From: Octopus sinensis
Taxonomy: Eukaryota
Direction: 5' to 3'
Assembly (NCBI RefSeq): GCF_006345805.1
Contig: NC_043003.1
Coordinates: 44,516,001-44,580,000 of the forward strand
Length of the DNA: 64,000 bases
In this document: in pieces, positions 24,151-38,100 of the stretch
How the letters are laid out: each line of letters starts with the position of its first letter
Position numbering within the stretch: position 1 is the stretch's first letter
Program-made: the position numbers and the translations under genes
The notes under the pieces: model-generated
Told to the model about the DNA's origin: nothing
Seen by the model: only the letters and a program-made list of their open reading frames with translations
The model's database searches: none

Positions 24151-24711
24151 TTGATGGCTTTGAAACCAATATTAGTTCACAAAATGTAGAATCTTAGCCT
24201 ATATTGCAGTAGTGAAATCAAGTGATTATTGTCTGTTTATCACCATGATATCCGATATGGAGTGTAAATAATTGGTGGTGCCACTACATATAATTCACAG
24301 GCCAATGTTTTAGGATATTTAACAAATGGAGAGGTTGTTTTCTATGGTATGGGGTGCAATGAGACACTCCGCAAATGTAATCTTTTAAGACAATGGGGAA
24401 GCAGTAGCAAGAACTATTTAAGAAATGATCCTGATTAGGCCTTATGTGTACCATTGCTATTTTCCAGAATAAATAGTTAATAGCCGACATAAAGCTACAG
24501 AGTCCTGCTTTTCGCTGAAGACCAAAGTATCATCACCTCCAACATGTCAAATTCGTATCACCATATGTCTCTGAGCACAAACGAATAATTTTAGTTTGGA
24601 TGCGTGTAACACTTGGCTAGATAATAGAGAAACAAATAACGAATACATTGATGATTTTGTTACACAGTTGTTTAACAAATAAATGAACATATACATTATC
24701 TATTATCTTTT

Positions 24712-25007
24712 GTTTCTTTCATTCATTAGACTGCACCCATACTGGAGCACCTCCTTGAAGAATTGTTAGTCGAATGGGATCGATGCCAGTATTACTTTTA
24801 AGTCTGTAACTTATTTTATCAGTGTCTTTTTTCCCGAACCGCGAATTTGCGGCCATATAAATACACCAAAATTTGTTGACAGGCGGTCTTGAGGAACAAA
24901 CGCTCGAACACAAACAAGCACACACAGAGGCACACATACACACACATGCACATACTCACGCAATGATGCACACCTATATATGTAATATATGTATGTATGT
25001 ATGTATG

Positions 25008-25064
<57 letters not shown>

Positions 25065-25215
25065 GGTGGGCTTCTTTCCTTCTTTCGGTTTCCGTATCCC
25101 AAATTTACCCACAAGGATTTCCCCGGCCCGAGGCTAAAGTAGAAAGTATACATCCAACGTTTGACACAGTGGGACTGAACTTGGAAGATTATGGCTGGGA
25201 AGCAAACTTCCTACT
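24712..25215 (-). mobile_element. SINE family 1, diverged full-span copy with expanded internal microsatellite
   Basis: Both arms match 49001-49398; the internal CA/TATG/TA tract at ~24915-25062 is much longer than in that copy. Confidence 0.8.
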
Positions 25216-27044
25216 GGATTAACAATCTTATTTTCAGCATACAATATTATTTTCACATACAATGCATACAATAATTACAAAACATTTTCTAAAAGTTGCT
25301 GCAGTCATCCCGTAATGCAGTCGGTATCTATAGCTACTCAGTGAGCAAAATATGCTTTTTTACAAGAAAGGTATCGTGGGAAAAACGGTAACTCAACAAC
25401 TTTGGTACTAATTCAAATACGATGTATTTATTGCTTTGAGTTTAGTTTCTACATAACCTATTTCAGGCCTCAAGTCTACACATAGTATGCGGCAGCATAA
25501 TGTTAGCTGAGAATGTACTTTAATCTCTAACTGAAGGTCAAAACTCGGTATCACTTAAAAGGAGATGCACTTATATTTTAAAGGAGGGTATAGGATTTTC
25601 AGCCGGGTGGAATAAACGAAATCAAGAGTATCATGTAGAAACGCATCTGGAAGAGAAAAGATACTTTACCGGAGATTGTTATGACATAGGAGGAAGTGGA
25701 GGAAGAAATATTATCACGCATACTTTCGTACTCCGATCCATATATCATTTCAATATATCCCAAAAGAAAACATTTTGTCAATATTTTTCGTGTCTTTGTA
25801 CACATAGATTATAGACGAAGGTTTAGAGAAATAGTCTTGTACGAGTTCAGAAGAGATATAAAAACATTGCTGTCTATTGGTTGACATGCATCTGTATGTC
25901 TGTGTGTCCGTATATCTGTGTATACGTGATTCAGAGTGTAGCTGTATGCTTGCCTGCTTGTGTGTGTCTCCCTTTTCCATTACTCTGAATAGTACAATCC
26001 AGATTTACCACCTTTCTCAAGCTGGTGAATGCGTGTGTGCATTTAATTCTTAAAAGAAAACGAATGGGTACCATAACTCTAGGAGTAAGTAAAAAATGCA
26101 TCGGACATGGCAGTTCTTAGAAAGGAATGAAGATCTATGCCTAAAGGAAAATGTGACAGCAATGTAAAGGCGCGTATTTGTTCGTGAGTTGGACGTGTAA
26201 GAGGCAAACAATCAATAATTTTCGAAGAGCAGAGAATAGTGTACTAGCAATGAAAAGAACTCAGTTTAAGGCAATGCTAACTCAATATGTGTGGAATTAC
26301 TGGGCTGATGTCGTAAAAATTTAAAAGTAAAAAATTTACTTATACATAATTGAATTATTGAACTTTTACAGTCTAGATCGGTTTCTTTGGTAGTAAATAA
26401 CGCTCAAAACAATAAAGTTAAAAATTATAACCAAATATTCTTACAAGTGAAGCTTTAATTTCTCGAACTGATAATCATTTGATATTTATGTTATAATTGA
26501 ATTTTGCAGTTGATAACGATGCGTTTAATCTTATTTCACTCTGTGAATCTTGTAGTTGTTGTGCTGGCTCTGGTTGCAACTGCAGTTGTTGTTGTCAGCA
26601 GCAACAGTGGCGATGAAGTTGATGTTGTTGTATATATTTTATGCAGATTAATTACGAAGAAAATTACAAAAAATGCAGCAGATAACATATCCAATGTTAG
26701 TTAGACATGTGGTTAGGATAGGATTTTTATGAGATGACGTTAAAACAATACAGAACTTCACATCACTCTCTCCCTCTATTTTCACTCTCCTTCTCTCACT
26801 CAACTTCTCTCTCCTTCTCTATCTATCTATCTATCTATCTCCCGATATTTCTTACAGACAATTGCACAATTTGCATTATATATGTCTAACAATCTATTTC
26901 TCACACTACCTTTTTTTCCTTTATTTTATCTGTACCTCTACATCGCGATATATGTGGATACGATAACAAAATCTAGCAAGCAAGCGCACATCAACTTATC
27001 AAAATTACGTATGCACATGCTTAAATAAACATGCAATAATTCAG

Positions 27045-27420
27045 TTGTATGTATCTATCTATTTATCCCTCACTTTCTCCCACTGTCACTCAGCAAATAC
27101 AAACAAACACACACACACACATACAGATATATATGTTATATATATTCATATATGTATATATATGCATATATATGTATATATATTCAGATATGCTTGTATG
27201 TGTGTATGTATGCATGTATGAATATATGTATGAATGCATGTATGTATGTGTATATGTATGCATGTATGTGTATATATATATGTATGTATTCATATGTGTA
27301 TGTGTATATGTATATATGCATGTATGTATGTGCATATGTATGTATATATGTATGTATGCACGTATATATGCATGTATGTATGTATGTGTGTATGTACGTA
27401 TGTATGTATATATGTATGAA
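27045..27420. repeat. Complex (TATC)/(CA)/(TATG)/(TA) low-complexity tract
   Basis: Seen directly; explains four overlapping pseudo-ORFs. Confidence 0.95.
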
Positions 27421-28223
27421 TGAATATAGTCAAAAACAAAATTCAGACACTTAAATGACACGTATCATAGAAACGTCACAGTAATTCTAATCACTACATG
27501 AGCATATGACATGAAACCAAAACCAAAAATTTATTCGTTCTACACAGAAAATACAGAGTCTGATATGGACACATGACAAGAAAGCATCACGTTTGCTATA
27601 TATATATAAATAAACATAAACAAACATACGTAAATATACATACATTTTCTTTCATTTTTTGTCTATCTCTATATATTCAAACGTTATAAAGCATATATAT
27701 GACTATACATATGTATGTATGCGTGCGTGCACAATCATATGTGTGTGTGCCTGCGTCTGCACACGCGTGTGTGTTTGAACATTTTCTTAACAAAAAAATT
27801 ATGAATATTATTATAAAATACTTTTAAAGATCATTGCTGAGAAAACAGGGTAGACTATGTTGAAAACGGGGTGGAATATATTGAAAAGCTAAAAACAGCA
27901 AATGACCCATAACACAGCATGAATACATCATCCCATAATTATGTATCAATTTGCTATTTTTATGATAATTAATATTATTAATAATTGTAAAGAGATTTGT
28001 TCGTCAAATATTTGGCGTGTATAACGAACACATAGCTAATGCTTTTATCTCTTATAAAGATTTCCTAAGTATCTAATTTGCTTATAGTTATATATGTGTG
28101 TGTGTGTGTGTGTGTGTTGTTTGTGTGTGTGTGTGTGTATGTGGAAGGAAATGAGAAAATCTTTATAAGAGATGAAAGAAGTTACTACTGAGATGTATAG
28201 ATAAACATTAGTTATTTATATAC

Positions 28224-28254
<31 letters not shown>

Positions 28255-30079
28255 ATGATAACAATAATAATGATAATAACAATAATTGAATAAGTAACCA
28301 GAAGATGGATTTGGTACTAGTATTTATTCAGTACAACGATCTTTCGACCCATCCTGCTACTATCACATATGGGTGGGACTCCGTTCAACGTCTTGCGTTA
28401 CATCCATTTCGTAGTCTGCGTCATATGACGTACATCCATACATAAAGCCGTGTCTCGCTAAAGATCCTGAGATTTGGCAGTTATGTTGTCATATGTCCGT
28501 CAATATAGGGAATGAACCATTGCTACAATTTTGAATACTTTTAACTTTCCTTAACAAAAATGTTAAACATTTGTAATCAATTATCATCTCAACTACACTG
28601 CGAAATTCCTGATGTCGATACAACTGAAGTATATCTCAAGCACGTATGATACTGGATACCCCAAACCGTGCCAATGCTCTACCAACAGTTCAGCACACTG
28701 ATCGACATATATCCATTATTCCGAAATATTACATATATATACAGATACATATATCGGTGATTGTGTCTGTGCGTGTGTGTGTGTATGTATATGGATGTTT
28801 TACATCAATATATATACGTACATATACATATTTCACCCTTAGGGTAAAAACACAGTTTTTCTGCACATCTAAGAACAGTTGATATCACGCTCCAGGATGA
28901 CCATTCAGTAGTTTCAGAGTTTGGGTTTATGTATAGTTTAATGAGTAAGATCGTATGCGTTAGTGTGCTCTTTCTGTCTGTCATCTTTGTCTCTCTCTCT
29001 CTCTCTTTCTCTGTGTCTCTCTATATAGGGATAGATAGATAGATAGATAGACAGATATATCGATCGAACGATAGATAGATAGATAAATATGACATATATG
29101 TATGTATATATGTATATCTGCATATATATCTGTATATAACACACGCATATATGCCTCTGTGTGTGTGTGTGTGCGTGTTTATACAAGAGGGAGCCGTGCA
29201 CCAATATCCCATGTGGCAACCTCTAAGATTTCTGTCGACGTGAAAACTTAAACTCTGAAAGATATTAAGGGGATAATTTTGCTTGCAAATGCAAACTTAC
29301 CTTGAGCATATTTAATTATAATGCAAGAAATCACTCAGGTATGTTGATAGTTGCATTATATATAGTGTTAAGAACCTTTCTCGCTATTGCATAATATTGT
29401 ACAAATAAACTTTTTGTTACGTTTTGTTAAACATTTATAATTTGAGTAAATTTTCTTAATTTATTCAAATATTTACCGACAGGTTTTCTAATATTTGAAT
29501 ATTCGTGGATATTCCAAGGAGATATTTATGTATTTTATTTCGTTCTATTTACATTTTAATTTATAGAAATTATACTCCCTAAGCTTATTTGTACTGCATT
29601 TGATATATTTAAAAATCTATATGAATTGCGCTTTTAGTGAGGCTATATTTGGCGGATGAAATATGGTTGTCTGAATCATGTAAATATTTGACACTTATAG
29701 AGAAACAAACATGAGGCAATACTTTCTTGAAGCATATGATATAACTTGAAATACGAATTCTTAATTTCTCGAAGTTAACTCTTCCTTCTTTGATTGACTC
29801 GAATAATTGCTACTTAGTTCTTTGTAATTTTCACCAACAGAGAAAATTCCAATAACTAATTAAGAAATTTTACGTACGGCTTTTATACACCAGCCATAAA
29901 CATAATTATCAAAATTCATTCGTTGACCCATTTGAGTTATTTCCCTTAGCTATTTTTTTAATTGCACTGATAAAGTGTCTCTAACTGAAGGAAAAATATA
30001 ATTAGAAGACGGCATGTTTAGTGAGCTAAAAAATGTGATCAAATGACAGAATAATTGCTGCAAAACTAAACTAATGAAG

Positions 30080-30255
30080 ATATATGGCAGTATTCTTAGT
30101 AGCTGATGTTGATGATGATGATGATGATGCTAACATAACGGCGTTGTTGTTGTTGCTTTTTGGCGTTGTTGTTTTTGTTGTTGATATTATTGTTATTCTT
30201 ATTTATATCATTATTATTATTATTATTATTATTACTATTATTATTATTATTAGTA

Positions 30256-30337
<82 letters not shown>

Positions 30338-30844
30338 GATTCATTGAGTTGGTCGTTGAGGTGGTGGTATTTGCGATATTAGCAGTATGAATATTTGTAG
30401 GAATGAAAGGCAACAGAGTTAGGGTGATACGTCGGTGGTAGTGGTAATAATGATGATGACGATGCCAGCGCTTATATTATTATTACTGACTGTATGCCTG
30501 TTTGCTTTGTGTTACTAGTGAGGAAGATAGGCAGTCACTGTGGTGATTATAATCCATTGTGATGTTTATTGCACTACCGTTGTTTATGATGATGGTGATG
30601 ACGATGTTAGCTGTTTGAGCATTGGTGTTACAATAATGTCTGAGGACTAGAAAGTATTTGTAACATAGTAACGGATGTGATTGTGGTTTTATAATGGTTT
30701 TGAGGTGGGTTTTCTTATTGTAGTTGTAAGTTGATATTATTGCGACAGTGCTTTTAGTTGGTCTGTTATGGTCATGTTTTTAATTGTGGTTGAATTACTG
30801 GTATTGTAAAAAGGTGTTGAAACAGGTTTTACGTCCTGTGATAC

Positions 30845-30918
<74 letters not shown>
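30080..30918. repeat. Degenerate trinucleotide region with (ATT)n tracts at ~30210-30338 and 30846-30918
   Basis: Seen directly. Confidence 0.9.
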
Positions 30919-31238
30919 GGTTATTATTCTATGTTTGACTTTTGCTTTATGTCTGTACAAGTTGGCTCCAAGTCTCACCCAAAGACCTCAAGAGACAACA
31001 GGTTGGAAGTTCACGTTGTTGTTATGCCTAGTGTGCCATATATTTGGGTTTTTTTTGGTGTTGTACTAGTGAATGTCTAATACATAACTTTACAAAAAAA
31101 AGTTTGTTTTAAACCTTGGGATTACATAGAGAGTATTTTGCGTAGATATGAGCAGTTCCCATGAGCACTATCTTTTGAATTTCTGCCATTTTTGGGTTTC
31201 CTGCTTTCTGAGTTAGGTAGCAATCAGCCCCTTTCGCT
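30919..31238 (-). mobile_element. R4/Dong subfamily B 3' end
   Basis: Minus strand reads KGADCYLTQKAGNPKMAEIQKIVLMGTAHILRKILSM* with a distinct 3' UTR and (AAT)n on both sides. Confidence 0.9.
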
Positions 31239-31254
31239 ATTATTATTATTATTA

Positions 31255-31314
<60 letters not shown>

Positions 31315-31352
31315 TTATTATTATTATTATATTATTATTTTTATTATTATTA

Positions 31353-31393
<41 letters not shown>

Positions 31394-31447
31394 TATTATT
31401 ATTTTTATTATATTATATTATTTTTATTATTATTATTCTTATTATTA

Positions 31448-31521
<74 letters not shown>

Positions 31522-31530
31522 TATTATTAT

Positions 31531-32120
31531 TCAGTAGTTTTATTTTTATAGCGTGCTTTCACTTCCCTACCGAGCGCAGCTCTGTGTGCCATGGGTATGT
31601 GATGTGATTTGTTGTGATGCTCTGATGGTTATTGTATGGAAAGTGTTCTGCGTAGGATGTTTGCAGTGCCTAGTAGTGCAATTTTCTGTATATTATATGT
31701 GTTTGTAAGTCCTGGTGTTTTTGTTATGTATTTGTCTGAATATTTTTTTATCATGCATAATGCACCTACTATGATAGGAATTGTTTCTGTTTTCAGATTC
31801 CACATTCTAGTTACCTCTATTTCCAGGTCTTTGTATTTTGAGAGTTTCTCCATTTCTTTTAGAGACACGTTGTCATCTGCTGGTATTGATACATCAATTA
31901 GAAAGCATTTTTTTCTTCATGATCTCTGACAACTATATCTGGTCTGTTGGCCTTAATTTCTCTATCTGTGTGTATCGGCATATCCCAGAGTATGGTTGCT
32001 TTCTCGTTTTCTGTGACCTTTTCTGGTGTGTGCCTATACCATCTTTTTTCTGTTGTTATTCCATAATGTTGGCATAGCTTCCAATGTATGTAGGTTCCAA
32101 CTCTGTCATGTCTGTGAATA

Positions 32121-32121
<1 letters not shown>
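31531..32121 (-). mobile_element. R4/Dong subfamily A 3' fragment
   Basis: Near-identical to 13070-13655 (RHD through ILRRTLSIQ* and the 3' UTR); (AAT)n on both flanks. Confidence 0.97.
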
Positions 32122-32186
<65 letters not shown>

Positions 32187-32187
<1 letters not shown>

Positions 32188-32653
32188 GAGTGAGAGAGCA
32201 GTTCATGCCATCAAAGTGACACTGGGGTAAAATATACGAAGCCCAATATACCCATCATGATTACCCGTCTGATAAAGGTACACCAGGCACATGCATCACA
32301 ACCATATGTGCGCGACATGGTGATCTCATATCAAGATAAACAGCACATGACCTTGCAGGTGGGGCGCAGTTTGAATTTTCTTCAGGTTGAGTAGCCCATC
32401 CCGCTCAAACGGTCCCTGAATAAGGGTTGTTTAAGGATGTTGAACGAAACACCTATGTTTCCAGAGCTCAACCATTCAAACTCCAAAGAATCCCTCTCAA
32501 CACATGGCCATGATGCTCCCCCACTACTTCTGCTCGTGATCAGAGATGCACATATCGTCAGCCACTAAGGGACATGCTCAACTGGTTAAGGTCAAACAAC
32601 TGACAAGCAAATCTGTGGTATTGAGCAGAATATTTGCTGTAGCCCATCTTTTA

Positions 32654-32655
<2 letters not shown>
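32187..32655 (-). mobile_element. ~560-bp (AAT)n-tailed element, 5'-truncated copy
   Basis: Matches 18862-19330; lacks about the first 90 bp; (ATT)n on both flanks. Confidence 0.92.
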
Positions 32656-32699
<44 letters not shown>

Positions 32700-33120
32700 G
32701 TTTAGCTCAGTTTTTGCTCTGACTGAGCTCCCTAATAGACAACGTCAGTCCAGACGTCAGCGCCCAGCATTTCCATTTATCAAGTAGCACACTATCCAAT
32801 ATATCATTTTCTTAGAAAGACGATACGGTAGAGTGAAATTTAAAGAAATGAATATGTGTTTGTGTATGTGTTTTGATGAGCGGGTATTTCATTGGTTGTG
32901 TGTGCGTGGGTGTGTCACCGAAGCAGTATGAGATTCCAAGTCGATGTCTGACTGATTGATCTGAGTTTGACGATAGGAATTGTATCATTGCTGCAATCTT
33001 CAGTTTTCATGATCATATGTCATAAAAGCACGGAGATTTATAATCTTTTTTTACTAACAAAATATACAAGTAACATGAGCACTAAGAATTTTAAAATAGT
33101 ATATACAATGTGAAATAATC

Positions 33121-33322
33121 TTTTCTGCTCTATGCACAATGCCTGAAATTTTGGGGGTGGGTACCAGTCGATTAGATCGATCCCAGTACGCAACTGGTAC
33201 TAATTTAACGACCCCAAAAGGATGAAAGGCAAAGCTGAGCTCGGTGGAATTTGAACACAGAAGGCAGACGAAATACTGGTAAGCATTTCACCCGGCGTGA
33301 AACCTTTACTGACAGCTCGCCG
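33121..33322 (-). mobile_element. SINE family 2
   Basis: Sense strand ggcgagctgtcag...aaatgcttaccagtatttcgtc...gtgttcaaattccaccgag...cctttcatccttttggggtcg...gtaccagttgcgtactgggatcgatctaatcgac. Confidence 0.9.
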
Positions 33323-34014
33323 TCTTAACAAAAGGAAATAATAACCAAACTAAAGTTATGATTTCAACTGTAATTAAATTCAGTGATGTCAGCAAAAAAA
33401 TTTACATTTAAAGTGAAAATGACACCACAAATTAGTGTAGCATTAATAACAGGAGATACAAAAGAAGCAGCAGTTAGAACTGTATCACCTGCAACGAATG
33501 AATAAGCAATAATGTTTAATAAAATAGTAGCGAAGCCTGTGACGTCAACAATGATAATGTTGACGCAGATATTAATGAGGGTGATAAGGGAGAGGAAACG
33601 ACAATGATGTTATTAATGTTTTACATTGCAATGAAGGGTTAAATGTTGAGGATATCAACTCGTTTATTTAGTTCATACATATTTTATCGCGCCTCGGATT
33701 GATTCAATGTAAACAACATTGTGAATATTTTCAAAAGCTCGTACAGTTTGGAAAATGATGATGTATAAAAAATCAGTACGATGTATGGACTGGAACCTCG
33801 CAGTGATGATAGCTAATATTGACTTCAGTATCACTTGAACTGAAATGTATATATGTAAATACAAAGAAACATTTGTTCCATTGTTCTTAAAATTTACCAC
33901 TGTGAATGTAAAGGCGGACAAAATCCCAGGAAGCATTTTGTTTGGAGTGCTAAAGATTATGTCAAATTGACGCTTGGTTGCAAAAAGGGGAATTAAAAGG
34001 AAAAAAGAGAGAGA

Positions 34015-34620
34015 ACTGAATTATAGCAGCTCAAGGTCAAACGATGAAAACAACTTGAGAGGATATGTGTATTGGAAGATGGTATGAACAAAATGTAGTA
34101 AGTGAAATTTGGAATGAGACAGCGGCTCACATAGTTGCAGAGTGCCTTACGCTGTACCAAGTACAAGATATTTATTTTTTTTTACACCGAAAGCTTTGTC
34201 AGAAATGGGGATTTAAACATGGAGATACATGGTACGATCATCGATTCGAAAGTGTCCTGGAGCCGGAAGAATGCAACATTTTATGGGATTTCCTCTGTAA
34301 ACGGATAAAATGTGCAAAAATAATAAATCATATATAACAATAATACACGAGAAAAATTAAGTTGCTTACTAATTTTTCCGTCAAGACCGTTTGATTACAG
34401 GATTATACGGGAAAAAGGATTAGAAATTTTATAAAAATACAATAAAAAATTCGAAGTTGTAATTTCAACAATTTGGAGAATGAATACTGTAATAGCTGGT
34501 GCACTGGGAGCTGAATAAAGATATATAGAAACGGCTGGAAGGGATTGGAATAAAATGTTCTGTACAGCTTCTACAGAAAATTTGTCTCTTAGAGACAGAA
34601 AAGATGATCAGGAGAGAAAG
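34015..34620 (+). mobile_element. R4/Dong subfamily C 3' fragment, decayed
   Basis: IIAAQGQ; ETAAHIVAEC; LHRKLCQKWG...WYDH...ILWDF; IAGALG; GIGIKCSVQLLQKICLLET. Same subfamily signature as 10835-11700. Confidence 0.85.
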
Positions 34621-34624
34621 AAGT

Positions 34625-34832
34625 ATCGTATGGCAGAATATTTATGACATCGGAGAATATGCTTAGAGGTATATTTTCTAGGGCTACACTTTAAGTTCAA
34701 TTTCAGCCGAGTTCGATTTTCACTTTCATCTTTTCGGCGCCAATAAAAATATAACAACCAAGCACTGGGATCGATGAAACTGACTGGCATCCTTCCCCCA
34801 GGTTACAGGCTTTGTGCGTGTAGTAGAAAAAA
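34625..34832 (+). mobile_element. SINE family 2, diverged
   Basis: atggcagaat...aatatgcttagagg...aagttcaatttcagccgagttcga...ttcatcttttcgg...gcactgggatcgatg. Confidence 0.75.
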
Positions 34833-37037
34833 TAAGTGTTCCATTATTTGGAATGTTGTTTATATAATTCTGAACGTACTTGATTGACGGAATACATAGA
34901 ATATACTGTGTTTAAAACACTGAATAGAAACTTTATGTAATATATGTGCTATGCTAGCTATCTAATTACTGCGTGACGCATGTATCTGTCGGACTTAAAA
35001 TTCACGTCATTCACACGTCTGCATTTTGTATTAATTAATCTCAATTTGCCTATTTTTGTAGACATGATTTCTGTTTTAGGATATGAATTATAACATCAAA
35101 TTACAGTAATTCTTGTCACATTGCATGGTGTTTATTTAACGAACATAAAGCGTGAAGAATATGAATAATGACATACAGTTATTCATATTCTCTTTCGTCT
35201 GAATGCGCTGTCAGAAATCTTGTGACTTAAAGTTGTTGAACAACCCTCGCATAATCTCCAGTAAGTTTTTGTAGATCGAATCAGTATATAATTATTGCTA
35301 TTGCTGAGTGAGAAAGTTTTAGTGTTTTGCCCCGGAAAGATGTCCTTTAGTTTCACATATTCTGTTTGGTTTTATTTCAGTTTTGTACGTTTTCATTTGG
35401 TCTTCTTTGTTTCGTTTATAAATGTTTTTTTCCCATTCATATAGATTGTGACGCGATTTTTTCAAAGTAAGTATGAAACAATTTTATTTAAGAAATGAAC
35501 ACGATATATGAAACACTGGTTTTAAATGAACATGCTATATGGAATTTTTTAAAATTTATATCCAGCAGAGTACAATTGGATGTCAGCCACATGTACATGT
35601 TGATTGATTGTACTCAGAGCGTAACCAAGTGCCAGTGCGGTTTAGTAAGTGAGATAAAGCTTTGAAAGCTATACTATGGAGGAAAAACTACTGCAATATT
35701 CCCCTCTAGATACCAATGGTATCATTATAATTCACTTTTTGTTTGCATATTTCAAATTGTTTTCAATTTCTTCAAGATATTTTACTTGGCACTACATATT
35801 ATCTATGTTTCATTACTCATAGATAAGTATTCTAGAAACATGAAGTAAATACTTCACAATAATTATGGTAGTCAATCCGTATACCCAGTACCTTCTTTCG
35901 TTTCTCCTAATGCACAAGCTAATTAAGAATCGTCTAGTGATGTAAATGATTTTGCATTTTTACATAGTACAGGAAGTAATAATCTATTACATGAGTTGCA
36001 TTTGATACAGTAAGCAAAGCTAGCGAGAGTGATTAGTGTTGAGAATATATAGACCACTCAATTAACTGAATGTTACGGAATAGAGACGAGTATACCCAAG
36101 CGAATATCTATAAACAATATACATGCGGATGCTGGAAGACACTGCTGTCACTTTCCTGTCTTTTATTCCATAATAATTATTTGCAAACTCCTTGTTTTAG
36201 GTTGACTGTCATTATAATGACACCCATCCATTTATTCTGCAGCAATAGCCCGTCAAATCCTCGGAAATAACTTGTCCCTACCTTGTTGTAATTGTTCGCG
36301 ATCTGTACATAATTTTACACTATACGCCGTAAGTTTTGGCACCATATTTCGAAGTACGCTTCTCAACAAGAGAACATCTTGGTAAACTGAAAAAATTGCT
36401 ATGGAGCTCGCGCCTAAAGTACGGAGTGGAAGATGGCAAGCAGTTTTAACAAAAAATGGCTTGGATTTGCAAACCAAACAACAGTAAGAGGAATATAGTT
36501 TCTATTTCTAATCTATAACATTTATATAATTCGAGATGTTTGGATATTTTCTCCGGTTATTTTAGATGTATGTTGTTGTCTATTTGAGAGCAAATATCGA
36601 TCGGAGACATTTCGTTGTTTCCTTGAATTTTACTAATGTAATTGCGCGGTTTGCTTTAATGTTACGGTATGCAAGAAATAACATAACCTATTTTACAATT
36701 ACTTTCTTTATATTTGAGAGATATTATGGCATGTATTTTCCCATTTTCTCCACTGCAAGTATTTTATATGCTATAACAATCCTCGGCTGATAAACACGCT
36801 AAATCTGCCATAACGGTACACAAGCACACACACATACACACATATACACACATACACATAAATGCATTCAAAAACACAAAACCATGCTCATACATACACA
36901 ATCTCACATACAAATCAAATGTAGGGCAGACATATAATTTTCATCCTTTCTGAGTATTAAACCATGACAGAGTTTCGAACAGATAACTTTAAGAATAAGA
37001 GTAAATAGCGGAAGGTATTTTTATTCCGCCGTTCTTC

Positions 37038-37247
<210 letters not shown>

Positions 37248-37254
37248 TGATAGC

Positions 37255-38100
37255 TGTTTCTAGTGAGAAGGTTTCTATCATTTGCCAGCAATAAATATCC
37301 TACCGTTCCATGTTCCTTTGTGAAGTATTGACGGGAAAAGGAATTTTCTTGACAGCCTCTTACTATGACATGTAATTCCAATTTTCAGTTTAGTTTTTTC
37401 CCCCGTTCCAACAGTTAATGTCCTTTTTCACCGTACTCGTCAGCTGTTTATTATCTCAGTTTCTTTCTTATGTGATGGCATCCTTGAAGAACAAAACACA
37501 TCATTCTCTTCATATTTTGTAGCCATTTTTATGAGTCCTGCTTTATTATATTCTACAGAGTTTTGTACTGATACGTTATGCATAAATAATAAATATAATA
37601 ATTTTCTAGTTACAGAAGGCGCCTACTACCTTGCATTGATGGTGAATATAATTGTACTTTCTCGGCGTGTAGAGGTTGCACTTTAATGCAGACATTAGTT
37701 TTCATGTTAACTTCTGTCGTCTTCCTAATTGAATCAGCTTCCAATTGATATTATAACTATAAATTATTCCTTCAACAGCTAGTTTTGAGGCATATTAGCA
37801 TATTCTTGCTAGATTTTATGTACTAATCTAATACGTTAATAACATTTCTTTCATTTTCTGTGTAGTTCATTAATTTCCAAGTTCGTGGAGATGCGCCGTT
37901 GTTCTAATTAATATAAATGTGTCAGCTTAACACATTAGCGATTTCTGCGTTCATTTTTACAAAACCAAATTTCATATAATTTTGTCTGTTGAATACTAAG
38001 CTCTCAGGAATAGTTTTTCAAGTTACAGAGAGTTACTGATATCCAAAAGTATCTTCCAACAACGTTCGTTGATTGGTCTGCCCCGGTTTAAGATTTAGTC
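37255..38100 (-). mobile_element. Very old R4/Dong remnant (post-RT region)
   Basis: Minus strand LYSPSMQGSRRLL*LENY aligns with LYIQRIKGGRGLIQLEIY of the young copy; KPSH*K aligns with QPLHGK. Confidence 0.5.

Noticed and set aside
26900-27461. YIYMCV-type ORFs here and at 40345-40859, 44186-45130 and 55997-56278
   Set aside because: Dinucleotide and tetranucleotide repeat translations.
30846-32698. Repeat-spacer-repeat pattern superficially like a CRISPR array
   Set aside because: The repeats are variable-length (ATT)n and the spacers are retroelement fragments of 300-600 bp; there are no cas genes and the context is eukaryotic.
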